Shown: positions 25,000 through 38,569 of the stretch, piece by piece | How positions within the stretch are numbered: position 1 is the first letter of the stretch | How the letters are laid out: the number at the start of each line of letters is the position of its first letter | DNA from: Eledone cirrhosa | Lineage: Eukaryota | DNA length: 64,000 bases | Direction of reading: 5' to 3' | NCBI GenBank assembly: GCA_964016885.1 | Contig: OZ024743.1 | Coordinates: 295,244,001 to 295,308,000 of the forward strand | Notes under the pieces: generated by a model | Databases searched by the model: none | Told to the model about the DNA's origin: nothing | Seen by the model: the letters and a program-made list of their open reading frames with translations, nothing else | Translations under genes and position numbers: made by a program

Positions 25000-25504
25000 A
25001 TATTGTTATGCTTTCGGGGGGGGGGGCATGTTACCAATAAGAAACACACGCACCAGTTGCTTTCACTCCAATTTATTATAAATTAAATTTATAAATTTAA
25101 GAATTTATAAATTTCTGGTTGGTTGGTTGGTTCCATAACCGGACGGTTGTTCATATATTGTCAAAGTTCTTTCGTCACACATTCTGTGACAAAAACAAGA
25201 TGGCGTAGGACAGAACAAAGGAGAGGCACAAAATAAAGAAAAGAATCCTCAGTCACTGAAGAGGTCACAGAATGTGTGACGAAAGAACTTTGACAATATA
25301 CGAACAAGCGTCCGGTTATGGAACCAACCAACCAAGCGGAAATTTATAAATTCTTAAATTCATAAATTTAATTTATAATAAATTTTAGTGAAAGCAACTG
25401 GTGCATGTGTTTCTTCTTGGCAACATGACCCTCCCAAAGCATAACAATATCGGTTTCAACACACATTTTCTGATAAAGAATCTTGCTAAACAAATTCAGA
25501 AACG

Positions 25505-25508
<4 letters not shown>
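25000..25508. mobile_element. Fold-back pLTR-derived element, family A (best preserved; ~190-bp arms 25000-25190 / 25264-25450, ~60-bp 3' extension)
   Basis: Long inverted repeat seen directly; (TA)n both sides; no ORF. Confidence 0.85.
25252..25294 (+). ncRNA. Intact minimal type-I hammerhead ribozyme
   Basis: GTCA-CTGAAGA-G-GTCACA-GAATG-TGTGAC-GAAA-GAACTT-TGAC: stem I GTCA/TGAC, 6-bp stem II, short stem III, predicted CUU cleavage triplet. Confidence 0.85.
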
Positions 25509-25553
<45 letters not shown>

Positions 25554-26179
25554 ATATTCTATCTGTATATCTCCCTTTCTTTCTCGCTCTGTCTATGTAT
25601 ATGGTAGTCGAGGGGTGCTGGTGACGACATACCGGAAGTGTTGAAACTTTTAAAAGAAGTGAATCTTGAAATAATCAATAAAATTATTTATGTTTAATAA
25701 AGAGTTACGAAATTTAGTACATAAATTATGTAATATTCATTCATTATTTATTCAGAGTAATCCAACTTATTTTACTACGGGATAAAAAAAATATAGACAG
25801 GACACTGTCCCGCATTCCTCCCTTTATTATATTTAAGATAATTTAAGACAGCTTGCCGATGAAGACAAATTGTCTTAATTTAATGAATAACCCTTTTAAT
25901 GATGGTAATTCGTACTTTTTCTCTCGTCTGAAACTGCAATATAAACAGTTGAAGGGAAATACTAATTATAATGTAAGTACAATTAGATTTGGTATTAAAT
26001 ATATTTTCCTTACATTTCTTACAATGCTTCGTTTTGCTAAATATAAATTTAACTGCACCATAGTTTCGTATATATAATATATACATATATATGTATATAA
26101 AATGTAGGCACAAATAACAGCAAACGACCCACTAAATTGAAGAAATATATTAGTTTAACGCTTGAAATAAATGAAAAGG

Positions 26180-26216
26180 GTCTTAACGTTTCGAACTCAA
26201 GCCCTTCATCAGACGA
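26180..26216 (-). ncRNA. Minimal hammerhead ribozyme in a PLE pLTR remnant (about 26100-26340)
   Basis: Minus TCGT-CTGATGA-A-GGGC-TTGA-GTTC-GAAA-CGTT-AAGA; palindromic AACGTT stem III. Confidence 0.72.
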
Positions 26217-26344
26217 TATAATTAGGAATAAAAGATAAAATAGATAGGTAAAGAGTGAGAAGAGGTAGTAACGGGAAAATAAGATAAAAAAAATACGTTC
26301 GCATTCAGTCAGGCATTTTCGAGATACACATACATATTTAACTA

Positions 26345-26571
<227 letters not shown>

Positions 26572-26670
26572 TGTTGATCCCGTTTACCATTTCTTCCTTT
26601 TATTACACTAGGCTACCATCCTATATTTTATTCATTCTTCCCAATTTAAAATAAATACTTATTATTACAC

Positions 26671-26721
<51 letters not shown>

Positions 26722-26764
26722 CACACACACACATATATATATATATAGATAGATAGATATATAT

Positions 26765-27065
26765 ATAAGTAAAAGAAATCGAAAATGCAACTGGAGTCTT
26801 TTTAAAAAATTTATTTACCGGTTTCACAGTTATTATGCTTTTCAAAAGAAGAATTGAGATAGAGGGTTTGTGGTTTTTCTCGCATCTGATACAAGCCACA
26901 AACCCTCCATCTACTTCTGAAAACATAACAACTGTGAAACCGGTAAAGGACACAAATAGATATTCTTAAAAAGACTCCAGTTGCATTTTCGATTTCTTTT
27001 CCTTATACTTTCACTCGGGTAGGACATCCCATTTTTTTTTTCTTTTAAAAAAAAACTCATTTACT
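26765..27065. mobile_element. Fold-back element, family C, with a degenerate HHR in both arms
   Basis: AAAAGAAATCGAAAATGCAACTGGAGTCTTTTTAA / TTAAAAAGACTCCAGTTGCATTTTCGATTTCTTTT; right arm CTT-CTGAAAA-CATAACAACTGT-GAAA-CCGG-TA-AAG (26914-26948); (TA)n flanks. Confidence 0.72.
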
Positions 27066-27499
27066 TATATATATATATGTGTGTATGTGTGTGTGTGTGT
27101 GTGTGTGCGTGTGTGTGTAGTTATGTATGTATATGTATCTCCAAAATGCCTGACTCAATGCGCACATATTTTTAATCATCATATTTTCTTTTATTTCAAT
27201 TACAGATTTGGATAACTATTTCTATTCACTTCCAATCTGTTTTACAGTATACATTTTGTAATGTTCACTTGACACCTAGATACCTATTTATTATTATTCC
27301 TATTATTTTAATAATGTTCCTTTAGGTTGTATAACGGTATATATTATAAAACATGTTATCATCATAATTTAAAATCCATTAAAACTCTTAACATTGGTAA
27401 TCATTTAAATCCTACATAATATAAACATTACAGCAGCTGACAAAAGAAAATCATATCTTAAACGTATCAGTTTCATGACGTGTGCCTGAACAGTAACAG

Positions 27500-28293
27500 G
27501 ACGTACTGTATCTTTTGAGCTATAAGTGGATCAGGGATTAGCTAACGCTTCACCGTGTCACGTAATATCCGGGGATATTATAACTGCGATCTCAGCTCTC
27601 TGCTGTTCAATTTCGGGCCATTGAGCGATGGGCCATCGAGCAATGCAACAAACCAAATTAACTCCACCAGATGCAGTCAGAATACATCAGTAAGTGTATG
27701 GAGATACGATAATGTCACGCTCACGGATTTTCGAGCGGCGCAAAATGTTTAAAGTGACGCGAGGACGTGCCAGACAACCCAAAGAGCTGGAGGCCTTCAA
27801 CAAGCAGGACTGAGTCCAACGTTGAACGCGTGAAGCAGGTGGTGCGTGGTGATAGTCGGCTGACTGTTTGATTAATCGCAAATGAGCTGGGCATGAACCG
27901 CGAGATCATTTTGAAGATTATCACCAAAGATTTGGGCGTGCGGAAGATACCGGCTCGCAATACCTTCAGCGTCCGGCAGTTCCCAGTCGAGAACTTCACC
28001 GTATTTTAACAACCTCCTTATTCACCTCATCTTACACCGTGTGACGTTTTTCTTTTCCCCAAGCTCAAGGGAGTCGTTAGAGGGACCCGTTTTCAAGGCA
28101 TGAAGGTCATCGAGAGGGTGATAACGAGGAAGCTGAGTGGCATCCAAGAAGAATCCTTCCAGCAGTGCATAGAAGCGCAAAGAGAACGATGGAAAAGTGT
28201 ATTAGACGCGAAGGGGATTAATTTGAAGGGGAAACCATCTTCATTGTTGTTTGGAATTGTAATAAATTGATACTTTTCTGACAGAATTCGTAA
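27500..28293 (+). mobile_element. Internally deleted mariner (Tc1/mariner) transposon relic
   Basis: HTH-like DSRLTVxLIANELGMNREIILKIITKDLGVRK; QPPYSPHLTPCDVFLFPKLK (YSPDLAP motif); right TIR-like GATACTTTTCTGACAGAATTCGTA. Confidence 0.85.
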
Positions 28294-28321
28294 TGTATAT
28301 AAATATATATATATACATTTA

Positions 28322-28386
<65 letters not shown>

Positions 28387-29066
28387 TAGTATAATAATAA
28401 TAATTCCGAAACGTAGCGGATCGAGCTAGGAAGACAGAATCTGCCGGGAATAGTAAATAGTGAATTTTTTAGGAAAGCACCTTTTTTCCTCTGTCGTAAG
28501 TTATTTTTTTAAAAGAAGAATATTCAGCTTTGAGTTTTAAACATTGATATTTACGCTAGTACAACCTGAAAATTATGAATCACTTAGTCAGTTTTATGTA
28601 ATCTATTTATCGTATTTTTTTTTAGTTGGCTCACGTCGTATTGCGAATTTTGTCTTCCAACCCTAGCAAATAAAGCAACATTAAACCTATTATTCGCATT
28701 GTTGTTTTTGCAATTATAATCAATTTCTTCAGTAATGTTATTTTTTATTGTGATTTTCATAGTTTCTCCTTTTGTTTGATATTCGTTATATTTGAAATTA
28801 TTTTGTAAACACCATTATTTAGGTGCATGTTTTCACCAGTGTGGCAATTAGTCCTCCTGCAAATTCTGACACGGTTAGTGAAAACCGACAGTTAATATTG
28901 CTATATGTTCAAGCTAACAGTTATATGATAACATTGTCTAAACAGTTTAAAATATCCATTGACAAATATTCTTTCTACTCCCCTAATTGATGTAAATATT
29001 TAAATAACCGGAAAACCTTTGCTGGTGAAAAAAATTAAATGGAGCGTTAATACTAACATTATATTT

Positions 29067-29186
29067 TTCTGAGTTCAAATCCCGCCGAGGTTAACATTGC
29101 CTTTCATCCTTACGAGGTCGATGAAATAAAGTACCAGTAATGCATTGAGTAATTGCTGGCCTTGTGTCAAAAGTAGAAACAATTAT
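29067..29186 (+). mobile_element. OK/Nin-type SINE, 5'-truncated
   Basis: TTCTGAGTTCAAATCCCGCCGAGG...GGCCTTGTGTCAAAAGTAGAAACAATT. Confidence 0.8.
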
Positions 29187-29264
29187 ATTTTTCTGCAATA
29201 TTCACCAAAAAAAAACAGTAACAACAATATTTATAAGTATAAAGACCCTTAAAAGCCGGAAAAA

Positions 29265-29380
29265 GGAGTTGCCATCGGTCGCTATGAGGAATTGAACTCT
29301 ATAACTCCCAAATAGCGGCTAGACGCGTTAACCGTTAAGCTAAGCCCCTTAGCTTATTGGTTAAAGTGTCTAGCAGTTGT
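29265..29380. mobile_element. Divergent (back-to-back) pair of tRNA-like SINE heads
   Basis: Minus GGGGCTTAGCTTAACGGTTAACGCGTCTAG...GAGTTCAATTCC; plus TTAGCTTATTGGTTAAAGTGTCTAG. Confidence 0.45.
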
Positions 29381-29577
29381 CAACCTCAGAGAAATTGGAA
29401 CAGATATTTAAATCTGAACATGTATAATCCACATCCGTGGTGCTGTACTGATTCTACAAATCCAGACATCAAGGAAATTTGTATAGATTGAATATAAAAC
29501 TGATGACGTGTGGGAGGAGAACACCGAGGAGGAGAAGGGAGTGGGAAATGAAGAGTAGAAACTAGATGGTGTTGATA

Positions 29578-29768
29578 ATAATTGTTTCTACTTTTGGCAC
29601 AAGGCCAGCAATTATTCCAGTGTATTACTGGTACTTTCTTTTATCGATCACGTATGGATGAAAGGCAAAGTTAACCTCGGAGGGATTTGCACTCAGACCA
29701 TAAAGGGGCGTAACACTTTGCTGGAAAGCATGGCATCCGACCCTCTACCGATACTGCCAATCCACGTT
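29578..29768 (-). mobile_element. OK/Nin-type SINE
   Basis: Revcomp match to 3202-3397. Confidence 0.85.
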
Positions 29769-30584
29769 GATAATAATGACGATGTAGTTAATGAAATTGT
29801 GATGATAATGAAGATACAAAAGAAAGAAAGCAATGAGAGAGAAATGTAGAAACGAAACGTTAACCCAATGAATACATAACATTTACGGCTTAGTTTAATC
29901 TTACCGAATATTGAGGATCGTATTGTTAGAATGGCAATTTAAGCAACTCGTTTTGGTCTCCTCTTCAACAATGATTACATGCACTTCCCAAAATATCCCG
30001 AGGTTTATTGTGAAATGAATATGCCTCTAGCTAATTTAATACAAACCCAACTTCGTCTCGAATTGATTAGGTTTCTAATAATGAACTTTGTACCCGCAAA
30101 CAGTTTCATTATAATAGCAGCAGTTAAATAGTCAGCAAAACTCTAATGTCATTAGTTGTATACAAACAAAGAGCAATGTAGAAACTAAAAGTTAATTACA
30201 TTGAAGAAAAAGCATTAGATGATTACAACGGAAATCATTTTTAAAATAATAGGAATGTGAAAGAGAGTATCATGGAAGAATTAATTTAACCATTCAAGCA
30301 ATACAAACAACTGTTAAATATGCGTGGTGCCAAATACTTCGTTGTAAGTTTTGACAACACGAAATAAATGGAAAATGAATATATTAATTTTTAATTGTTA
30401 ATATTATTCTTATACGACAAAATTGCTTCAGCTTCAATGCTCGGTTTCAAATCAAGTCATTTACAAAATACAAATGACAAAAAGAAGAAAATAAAAGAAC
30501 TTGCAAATTACTAAAGAGGGAATCGCATAGTAAATATCCTGCAGATTTGGACAGGGTCGATTTATACTATGTTACTACATTTTG

Positions 30585-30714
30585 TCCATTCTTTGCAGCA
30601 TAGAATTACGGCCCTTAACGGTCTGAGTTAACTTTGCCTTTCATCATTACGGGTTTGATAAAATAAAGTACCAGTAATTTACTGCTCTTGTGCCAAAAGT
30701 AGAAACAATTATTA
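30585..30714 (+). mobile_element. OK/Nin-type SINE, deleted
   Basis: TTAACTTTGCCTTTCATCATTACGGG...CTTGTGCCAAAAGTAGAAACAATT. Confidence 0.75.
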
Positions 30715-31269
30715 TATTTTGTCCAAACGTCTAGGATTTTGAATATTGTCGACGAATGAAATCCGCGGGTCAGAACCAGTTTTTAACGCTTAATACGCAA
30801 GAAAGACATCAATGAAATTGGCGCTCACAAATCAAAATTCTTTCAAATTTTTTAAAGAATGAATTTTTTTTTTTTTTTTTACATATTTTAAACGTTTGTT
30901 GGGATATACTTGTTGCAAACTGGACATAAGGCATCAGCTCTTGCACTCTAGAAATGAGACTCCAGAATATTTGGGTATTTGGCCCTAATATTTCATCTTA
31001 TATTCTAAATTTGTGCTACCCAACAAATAGAAAATCTTTACAAATAAATGCCAGCAACTATCCTCCGCGTTCACTGAATACAACAGCCAACATAAAGGTA
31101 GTATTTTATTTCAACAGGATGAAAATAAGCAAGAAATGAATAATAGTAGATGAATCACTACCTCCTTAAGCACAATTGAAGCTGCACACTAGGTCCGAAC
31201 ACAGAAGAGCCTAACTTCCGCTGTCATCGCCTCCATTTCTCTCCTCCTCCCCATCTATTTCTACTATGA

Positions 31270-32070
31270 TCAAATGGAGTTCCACGTACTGGCCACTCAA
31301 TGGCCCTACCGGACAGAATGGAGAAGGCGTTTCCCCGGAGGATGGTAAGGGAGATGCGCTGGAAGAGCCAATCCTTCTCGCGAGGCGCACACCTACAGCT
31401 AGCCAGCTCAGTGCCTATGGTCGTGAGTAGGGAGGTAGCCATTGGGCCAAGGACACCAGGACTCTCCACTGCTTGGGGCGCGACTGAAAACCTGTCGAAG
31501 AGCCACTGATTCTTGGATAGTTTATCCTCCTCTGCCCGAAGTGCAGCAGAACCTGGGTTAGTCGCAGACTGCACCACGTTGCCGCTGGAGAATATGTCTC
31601 TGCAAGTGGCATCCCAGACGAGGGGTTTACCACCACGGAACGAGAAGATGGTCATACCGTCTACCCTTTTGCCGTCCTCTCAGTCTATCCTCACCCGCTC
31701 GAGCTGGGAGGGTAAGCCTGCGGCATCCAAGCCATGCTTCATGACTTCGTAGAGTGCAAACATGGCGTGGAAGGCGTCCGGCTCTGTAGCGACAGGAAAG
31801 CGGGTGGAGGCCGAAAGAAACCACGGTAGATCCGCAGTGACAATTGTGTGTCTCGCAGATCCGGAGGCCAAGTCTCGGGCAAACACCGATGCGCTGGCTA
31901 TCATTGTCCAGCTGCGTGCCAGTAGAGAAGGAGAGTAAGGCATGGAGCCAGGCACCGCTGCGGGGTTTCGAGGCTGCGTGAAAACATGCAAGACAGTGCT
32001 GGTCAAGCTGGTTGCGAGCCTGTCTGAGGCCAGGTTGCACTGGATGGCTTCCCAAATGTCAATGAGACCA
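31270..32070 (-). mobile_element. CRE-like RLE non-LTR retrotransposon 3' fragment
   Basis: SGAWLHAL...LGLRICETHNCHCG...HPLSC; DGMTIFSFRGGKPLVWDATC; AVESPGVLG; LFQRISLTILRGNA. Confidence 0.85.
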
Positions 32071-32139
32071 CCGCCACTACCAATCCTATGATAATAATAA
32101 TTATCATCTCTCACACGTTTTCGAAAAACACAAAACGTT

Positions 32140-34400
32140 TAGTTCAAATATTAAGGAAAAAGTGGAAGTCAGAAGATTGACCTCTCTTAACAATCTCGTA
32201 ACTCTACAGCTAAAGCTATACGCTGCAAAATTGGTCTTAAGATTGAGAAAACGAAGATCAAAGATATTCATAAGCAATTACAATGGAAAGAGAAAATACA
32301 AAAGGAAATTGATAACCTGGGTGGTAAATTGTCAATAGTTGACGAGCCAATACGGGGTGTGGATGTAAAGAATAGAAAAGCAAGACAAGTTAAACGAAAG
32401 TATAAGAGCACGGATAAGGAGAATCTATTGAACACCAAAGAGAGTCTAAAACAACGTATCCAGATCAAACACCAGAGAGATAGACGATACATTGAGAGAC
32501 GAATTCTACAAACAAACACAATCTTTCAAACTGAGGCAAAGAAATGTTACCTGGAAATAGGGAAACATCCAGTGGAGATTAAGGAACCACCTAAAATATA
32601 TGGAGCAATGAAAAACAATATGATAAAGAACCTGAACGGATTAATAAAGAAATAGACAGCATGAGAGATATTAACCATCAGGAATTGTGGAAAATAGAGC
32701 TGCAAGAACTAAGAGAGACATTTAGTAAAGCACATGAAAGGAAATCACCTCGAATAGACCAAATTCCTAACTTTGTTTCTGTCAATTTTGCCTAGAGATA
32801 TGTTATACCCAGTGAAAACCAGCCATAGTCCTTCTCAAAGTCGTGCATAATTTCGTTGTAACATTTTACCAATGACGCATGAATGAGAGAATATAACCAG
32901 AAGTTTGGAACTTTGTCAATGCTAACTCATGTACTTCCAGAGTTATGTCTTGCTAAGTTTGCCTATCTAGATTCTCGTTTTTCTTCGATGCTCTTTATCC
33001 ATTCTGCATTCTTATTAAGATACGTATCTCTACTTCATACTGTTTCCCAAACATTCTTCAATCTCATGAATTGAAGTAGGTTCCTTCACCTGAATTATCT
33101 CTGTCTTAACTCCCCAGTAAAACGTTTGTCGCATCTGATACAAAGAGCTTATTTTGCTTGTAAAACATGTTTCGCTTTTCAAATCTTCTACTTCTTTGGG
33201 CTCTCAGCTAAAATACATGTCTGTGGAATACAAATCTATTACAGTCACACACTTATGAAAATATAAATTACAGCAATATAAGCATTACCTCTGTTATTTT
33301 TCAAAGACATTGTTTTTTCCCTCTTATATTTTGAGTTGAACTCATGCTTATGACACTATAGCGCAATTCAACGAAATATGGATACAAAATAGACTGCGAA
33401 ACCATAAATTATGAGTTTTATATGGATGATATGAAACTGGATGCCAATACTTACAGTGCATTGGAAGGAATGTTAAGAGAATTAATGTAGGAATAGAGTT
33501 TGGCCTGGAAAACTGCACAGAGCAACATTCAAGAAAGGCAGAATGGCAAGCACAAATTCAATGGAAATAGATATTGATATAATAATTAAGGAACTGGAAG
33601 AGGGACAGACTTACAAATATTAAGGGTTCCATAAATGCCAAAGTATTCACCAAGCCAGTATCGGAAAGAAATTCAGTAAGAAAGGCCATAGGAGATTACG
33701 TGCTGTCTTGAAAACTGAGCTGAACTAAAAGAATATAATATCTGCTATAAACACTCTTGCAATCCCAGTTGTCATCTATAGTTTCAAGATTTGAACAATA
33801 ATGAAATAAAGAAAATGGACCCCCAAAATATAGAAACGTTTGACATATAATACACTACATAACCCAAAAGCAGATCTGGATCGCCTCTATCTTTCTTGAT
33901 GAAGTGCAGGTAGAGAAATTGTCCAGCTCGAAGTGTCATGCAAAATATCAACCATCGAACACGAACAGGATCTCCGTAACAAATAAAGTATTAGTTACAC
34001 AGGAGGGTATAACTAGGTATTATAGGGCAATATTTACACTGGGTAATATGCAATTTTTACAGCAAAGAGGGAAAATTGAACAGAATTTCCCAGTAACGTG
34101 AATGTGACAATCCTCTGGGATTTTCCTGTGCACACCGACAAAATTACCAAGGAAAATAGATCCGATAAAATTGTAATGGACCGTAAAAAAACATACCTCT
34201 TAATTGACATGGGCATATCATCAGCTCATAACATATGGAGAGTGTTCCGAAAGTTCAGTAAATATAATTAATTGAGAATAGGTGGTGTCTTAAAACCTGT
34301 ACAATACCAGTACTAACCCGTGCACTTGGAATAATAAAAAAGGGAAACAAATGTATTTGAACTTGATACCTGGTAAATCATCTCCGCGAGAGATATATAA
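32140..34400 (+). mobile_element. Highly degraded R4/Dong-clade LINE fragments (with an inverted piece at about 32790-33235)
   Basis: KSPRIDQIPNF, FYMDDMKL, YKYxG, KADLDRLYL, TILWDFPVHTDK...NRSD, LIDM; the minus piece has IDKVPNFWL. Confidence 0.7.
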
Positions 34401-34401
34401 A

Positions 34402-34510
34402 ATAATTGTTTCTACTTTAGGCACAAGGCCAGCAATTACCCAGTGCATTACTGGTACTTTATTTTATCGACCCCGTAAGGATGAAAGGCAAAGTCAACCT
34501 CGGCGGGATA
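34402..34510 (-). mobile_element. OK/Nin-type SINE, 5'-truncated
   Basis: AATTGTTTCTACTTTAGGCACAAGGCC...GGATGAAAGGCAAAGTCAACCTCGGCGGGAT. Confidence 0.8.
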
Positions 34511-34984
34511 TAGAAAATAATGCTTACTTATATAATAAGTTGAGAAAATTGATCACAGTCCTTGAGTGATATTATATGTTGTCAAATCAAGAAGGATGAA
34601 ATGTAACGTCAACCTGGGTGTGAATTGAAATTGGAATATAAAGAACAAATACAGTAAAACATTTACCGACATTCTAACGATGTTGCCAATCCACTGAATA
34701 ATAACAGCATAAGGACAATGAGTATAGAACCAAAGAAAGGGCTCAACACAATAAGGATTTCCTTAAAACGTGTAAAACGTAAATATCAAAAAGAAGACAT
34801 AACAAAAAAGTACCGACAAAGAAACCTATCTATAAGAGGTGCTTCTACCAAGAGCCAAGGGAAACTATAGTTGTTGGCTTACTTTGACAAACAAGGGCAT
34901 CTTCGGTTTCTCTTATATTTCCCAGTCTAGAGGCGCATGCTTAGAATACTTTACTCTTTAGTCAATCTCTCATCAACTTTTCTA

Positions 34985-35346
34985 AGTTTCATTTGGAGAG
35001 GAAAGTGAGGGTGGTGAGGGAAGTGCTTCCCCCATTATATTTGCTAAAAAGTGGTTGAAAGTTCAGAGGATGGCCTGTGTGAATGGGCTTAGTCTGACCA
35101 TGCACCTGTAGGCTGGCTGATTTTGAGAAAAAAAGGGGCGTCCTCCTCGAGTGTATTCGGAGCGTTGGATGGTTCGAGATTGGTGGGGTGACCGAGTTAC
35201 CCCTAGGTGCTCCTCCACCCATCGGAGAATTTGAATTGCTGTAATTCTTATTGTTTATTGTTATTTAATGTGTTTATACTTCATTTGATTTTAATCCCCA
35301 CTGTCCATGTCCCTCACATGTCCGCCCTTATGGCCAATAAAGAAAT
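34985..35346 (+). mobile_element. Tx1-like LINE 3'-terminal fragment
   Basis: HLERKVRVVREVL...FAKKWLKVQRMA parallels HFRKRIRVEREAL...FTERWVNEAKMA at 13.7-13.8 kb; tail CGCCCTTATGGCCAATAAAGAAAT. Confidence 0.75.
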
Positions 35347-35392
35347 TATTATCATTTTCTTTATTATTAATATTATTATTGTTATTATTATT

Positions 35393-37345
35393 GTTCTTTG
35401 AATCTCAGTCATTGATGTTAGTTAACTGGAAAGTTTGTTGAAATGAATATCAACACACTATATGCAGCCTCAGATATTCAGGACGTATCGGAGGGTTCTT
35501 GCTGTTCCCAGCAAGCATGCCTTTTGAAGCGTTCCAAAAAGCGTGGTGGTGCCAATTTTCTTTAACCATCCCTGGAAACTTTTTGAGATAGTACCTAGTG
35601 CGCCTATGACAATCGGGACCACTTTGACTTCATGGCAGTTCCAAATCCTTTTTACCTCCCACTTTAAGCCCTGGTATCGGTTAATTTTCTCCCTATTCTT
35701 CTCTTGCACTCTCGTGTCGAATGGGCAGGCCACATCCACAATCAGGGACGATCTGTTTTCCTTGTCCCAAACCACCAGGTCAGGTCTATTGTGTTCCAGT
35801 TTCTTGTCTGTCTGTATCCTAAAATCCCATAGCACCTTCACCTGATCGTTTTCTAACACCGACTCTGGCGTATGCTCATACCACTTCTCAGAATGTGGTA
35901 AATTGTTTACTTTGCATAGGTGCCAGTGGATCACCCTGCCCATCACATCATGTCTCCAGCCCTTATAGTGAGTCTGGGCTAGGTGTTTACACTCGGATAC
36001 AATGTGAGCCACAGTCGCCTCTCTCTCTCCACAGATCCTGCACAGTGGGCTAGCCTCCTCCTTGTAAATATGGTGTTTCAACCACTTCATTTTGAGGACC
36101 CGCTCTTGCGCAGCCATTAGCATTCCTTCTGTAGCCTTTTTAAGGTCTCCTCTTTTCAACCAGTTCCATGTCTGTGGATCTCTGAATTCAGTTTTCTCAA
36201 AGAAGGTACTATGAATGCATTTTTCATGAAGGCTGCTCTTTCTCCTTGTTGTTATTTCCTCCTTGGACATCCCCTGGTCTATTGTCCTCTCCTTTTAGTA
36301 CAATTCTGAGTATTGGCTCCTTACTATCAGTCATGTATTTGTGTAGGTTGTTTTTCCCCATCTGAACACAGTCCTCTATGCTGATAAGACCTCTTCCACC
36401 CTCAGATCTCCTTAAGTAGAGTCTATCAACATCACTCCTCTTGTGGAACATGTTGTAGATAGTCAATAGCTTCCTAGTCTTCCTATCCATTTCTTTTTGT
36501 TCAGCAACATTCCATCTCAGAATTCCCGCACTGTACCTAATAATAGACATAGCTCGGAATTTACTGCACTTATGGCATTCCTACTGTTCAGGTGTGACTA
36601 ATACGCTCCTTATTCTCCGAATGTATTCAGATCTTATCAATTCCTTCATTCTTTTGTTATTGATGTCATCAGCCTCCAGAACACCCAAATACTTGTATCC
36701 TTCTTCAGTGTCAATTTCCTTTATCATCTCACCTGTTGGTACCTGGATTCCGTTGCTTCTGCTCAATTTACCCCTCTTCATCACAAGGACTCCACACTTA
36801 CTAATACCAAATTGCATACATATATCATTGCTGAAAATACGGACAGTGTCAACAAGCACATCCAACTCCTTCTCACTCTTCCCGAAGAGCTTAAGATCGT
36901 CCATGAAGAGGAGGTGATTGATGGTGAGCTCTCCCTTTCCCAACTTGTATCCTACTCTCACTTTTCGCAGTATAATTGTCAGGAGCATCAGGGCAAGGAT
37001 AAACAACAGAGGGGACAGACTATCTCCCTGGAAGATACCTCTCTTGATCTTCACGCCTCCCAAGGATTATCCAGCTGATGTTAACTCTGTTTTCCAGGAC
37101 TTCAAACTTTTGCACAACAACTGTCTGATGTTATCTGCCACCTTGAAGATCTCTAGGCTTTTGGTGATCCAAGAATGAGGCACCATGTCAAATGCCTTTT
37201 TGTAGTCTATCCATCCCATGGCAATACCTGTGTGTCTCCTCTTGCAATTCTTCATTACCATCTTATCAATAACTGGTCCTTTGGACCACGGGACTTCTTT
37301 CGGCATCGTTTCTGTTCGTCCGGTAACAAGTTGTTTGTGTGGAGG
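35393..37345 (-). mobile_element. R4/Dong-clade LINE, 5'-truncated (RT, CCHC, RLE)
   Basis: WIDYKKAFDMVPH, GIFQGDSLSP, HLLFMDDLKL, CRICGEREATVAHIVSEC, RHD, HNRPDLV, DVACP, KINRY; (ATT)n flanks. Confidence 0.93.
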
Positions 37346-37367
37346 TGATGGTATTATTATTATTATT

Positions 37368-38480
37368 TGCATTTATCTTGCTTTATGTTTATACGAGTTA
37401 TCACCAAGTCACAACCAGTGACCTCAAGAGACAACAAGGTCCGCCATGTTCAAGAAAGAACATACATATTCACACATGCATCCTTAGTGTTTAGACTTGT
37501 GATGTACTTATATTGACAGGATCTTCCTTAGTATATGGGCAGTTCCCATTAGTACTAACTTTTGTATTTCTCCTATACGCGGGTTTCCTGGGATTTGCGA
37601 TAAGTAGTCGTTAGACCCCTTAGGTATCATTCCCAGAGCACCTACAACCACTGGTATTGTTTTAGTTCTCAATTTCCACATTTTTCCAATTTCTATCTCC
37701 AGGTCCTTATACTTGCTCAATTTTTCAAATGTTTTTATAGATACATTCTTGTCTATTGGAACAGACATATCAATTAGCAGGCATACCCTCCTTTGAAAGT
37801 CCTTCAATATTATATCAGGTCTATTTTCATCTATTTTTCGATCTGTTTGGATGCTAAAGTTCCACAAGATTGAGATGTGATCTTTTTCAAGTATGGGGGG
37901 TGGTTGATGCTCCCACCAATTCTTTTGATGGGGTAGGTCAAAATGTTTACACATTATCCAATGTATGTATTGTGCAGCTCTGTCATGCCTGTTTAGGTAT
38001 TCGGTTGGAGCTATAGGACTGCACATTGAAATTATATGGTCAATGGTCTCTGGTTGTTTTTTGCAAACACGGCATAATGGGCTGCACCCATTTTTTATTA
38101 TGTTGGCTTGGTAATTTTTTATTGGCAGACACTGATCTTGTGCCGATATAATCAGTCCTTCAGTCTCCGATTTCAGTCCAGAGGAAGCCAACCACTGATG
38201 GGTTAAAGTTTTGTCAACATCAGGATTGTTAGCTCGCTCTGGGTATTTTCCATACAGAGGCTTTTCTTGCCATTTCTTAGCCAGTTTCTGTAGCAGTTCT
38301 TTCTTTGCAGTTACTTTTACCTGCTTTGCTTTTTCTGTGTTTTCCATTTCAGCAGTAAATGGGACTTCTGAAATTTGTAGTCCATTACTGTATCTTTGTG
38401 CATCTTTTGTAATGGAATATGATCTTTTGGTGCTTTCGTGTTTCAAAACGAGTTTGATCATCCAATCATGTGATTCCCTT
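37368..38480 (-). mobile_element. R4/Dong-clade LINE 3' fragment (open 317-aa CCHC-RLE segment 37508-38461 plus 3' UTR)
   Basis: CRVCKKQPETIDHIISMC, RHDRAA, ENRPDII, LIDMSVP, EKLSKYKDL, VVVGALG. Confidence 0.92.
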
Positions 38481-38569
38481 CACTTTTACTTCATGGCAGT
38501 TCCAAATCCTTTTTTTTTTTTTTTTTTGTATTATTATTATTATTATTATTATGATTATTATTATTATAC

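Noticed and set aside
37508-38461. Open 317-aa ORF as a domesticated gene
   Set aside because: Standard 5'-truncated R4/Dong C-terminus with its 3' UTR; intactness explained by young age
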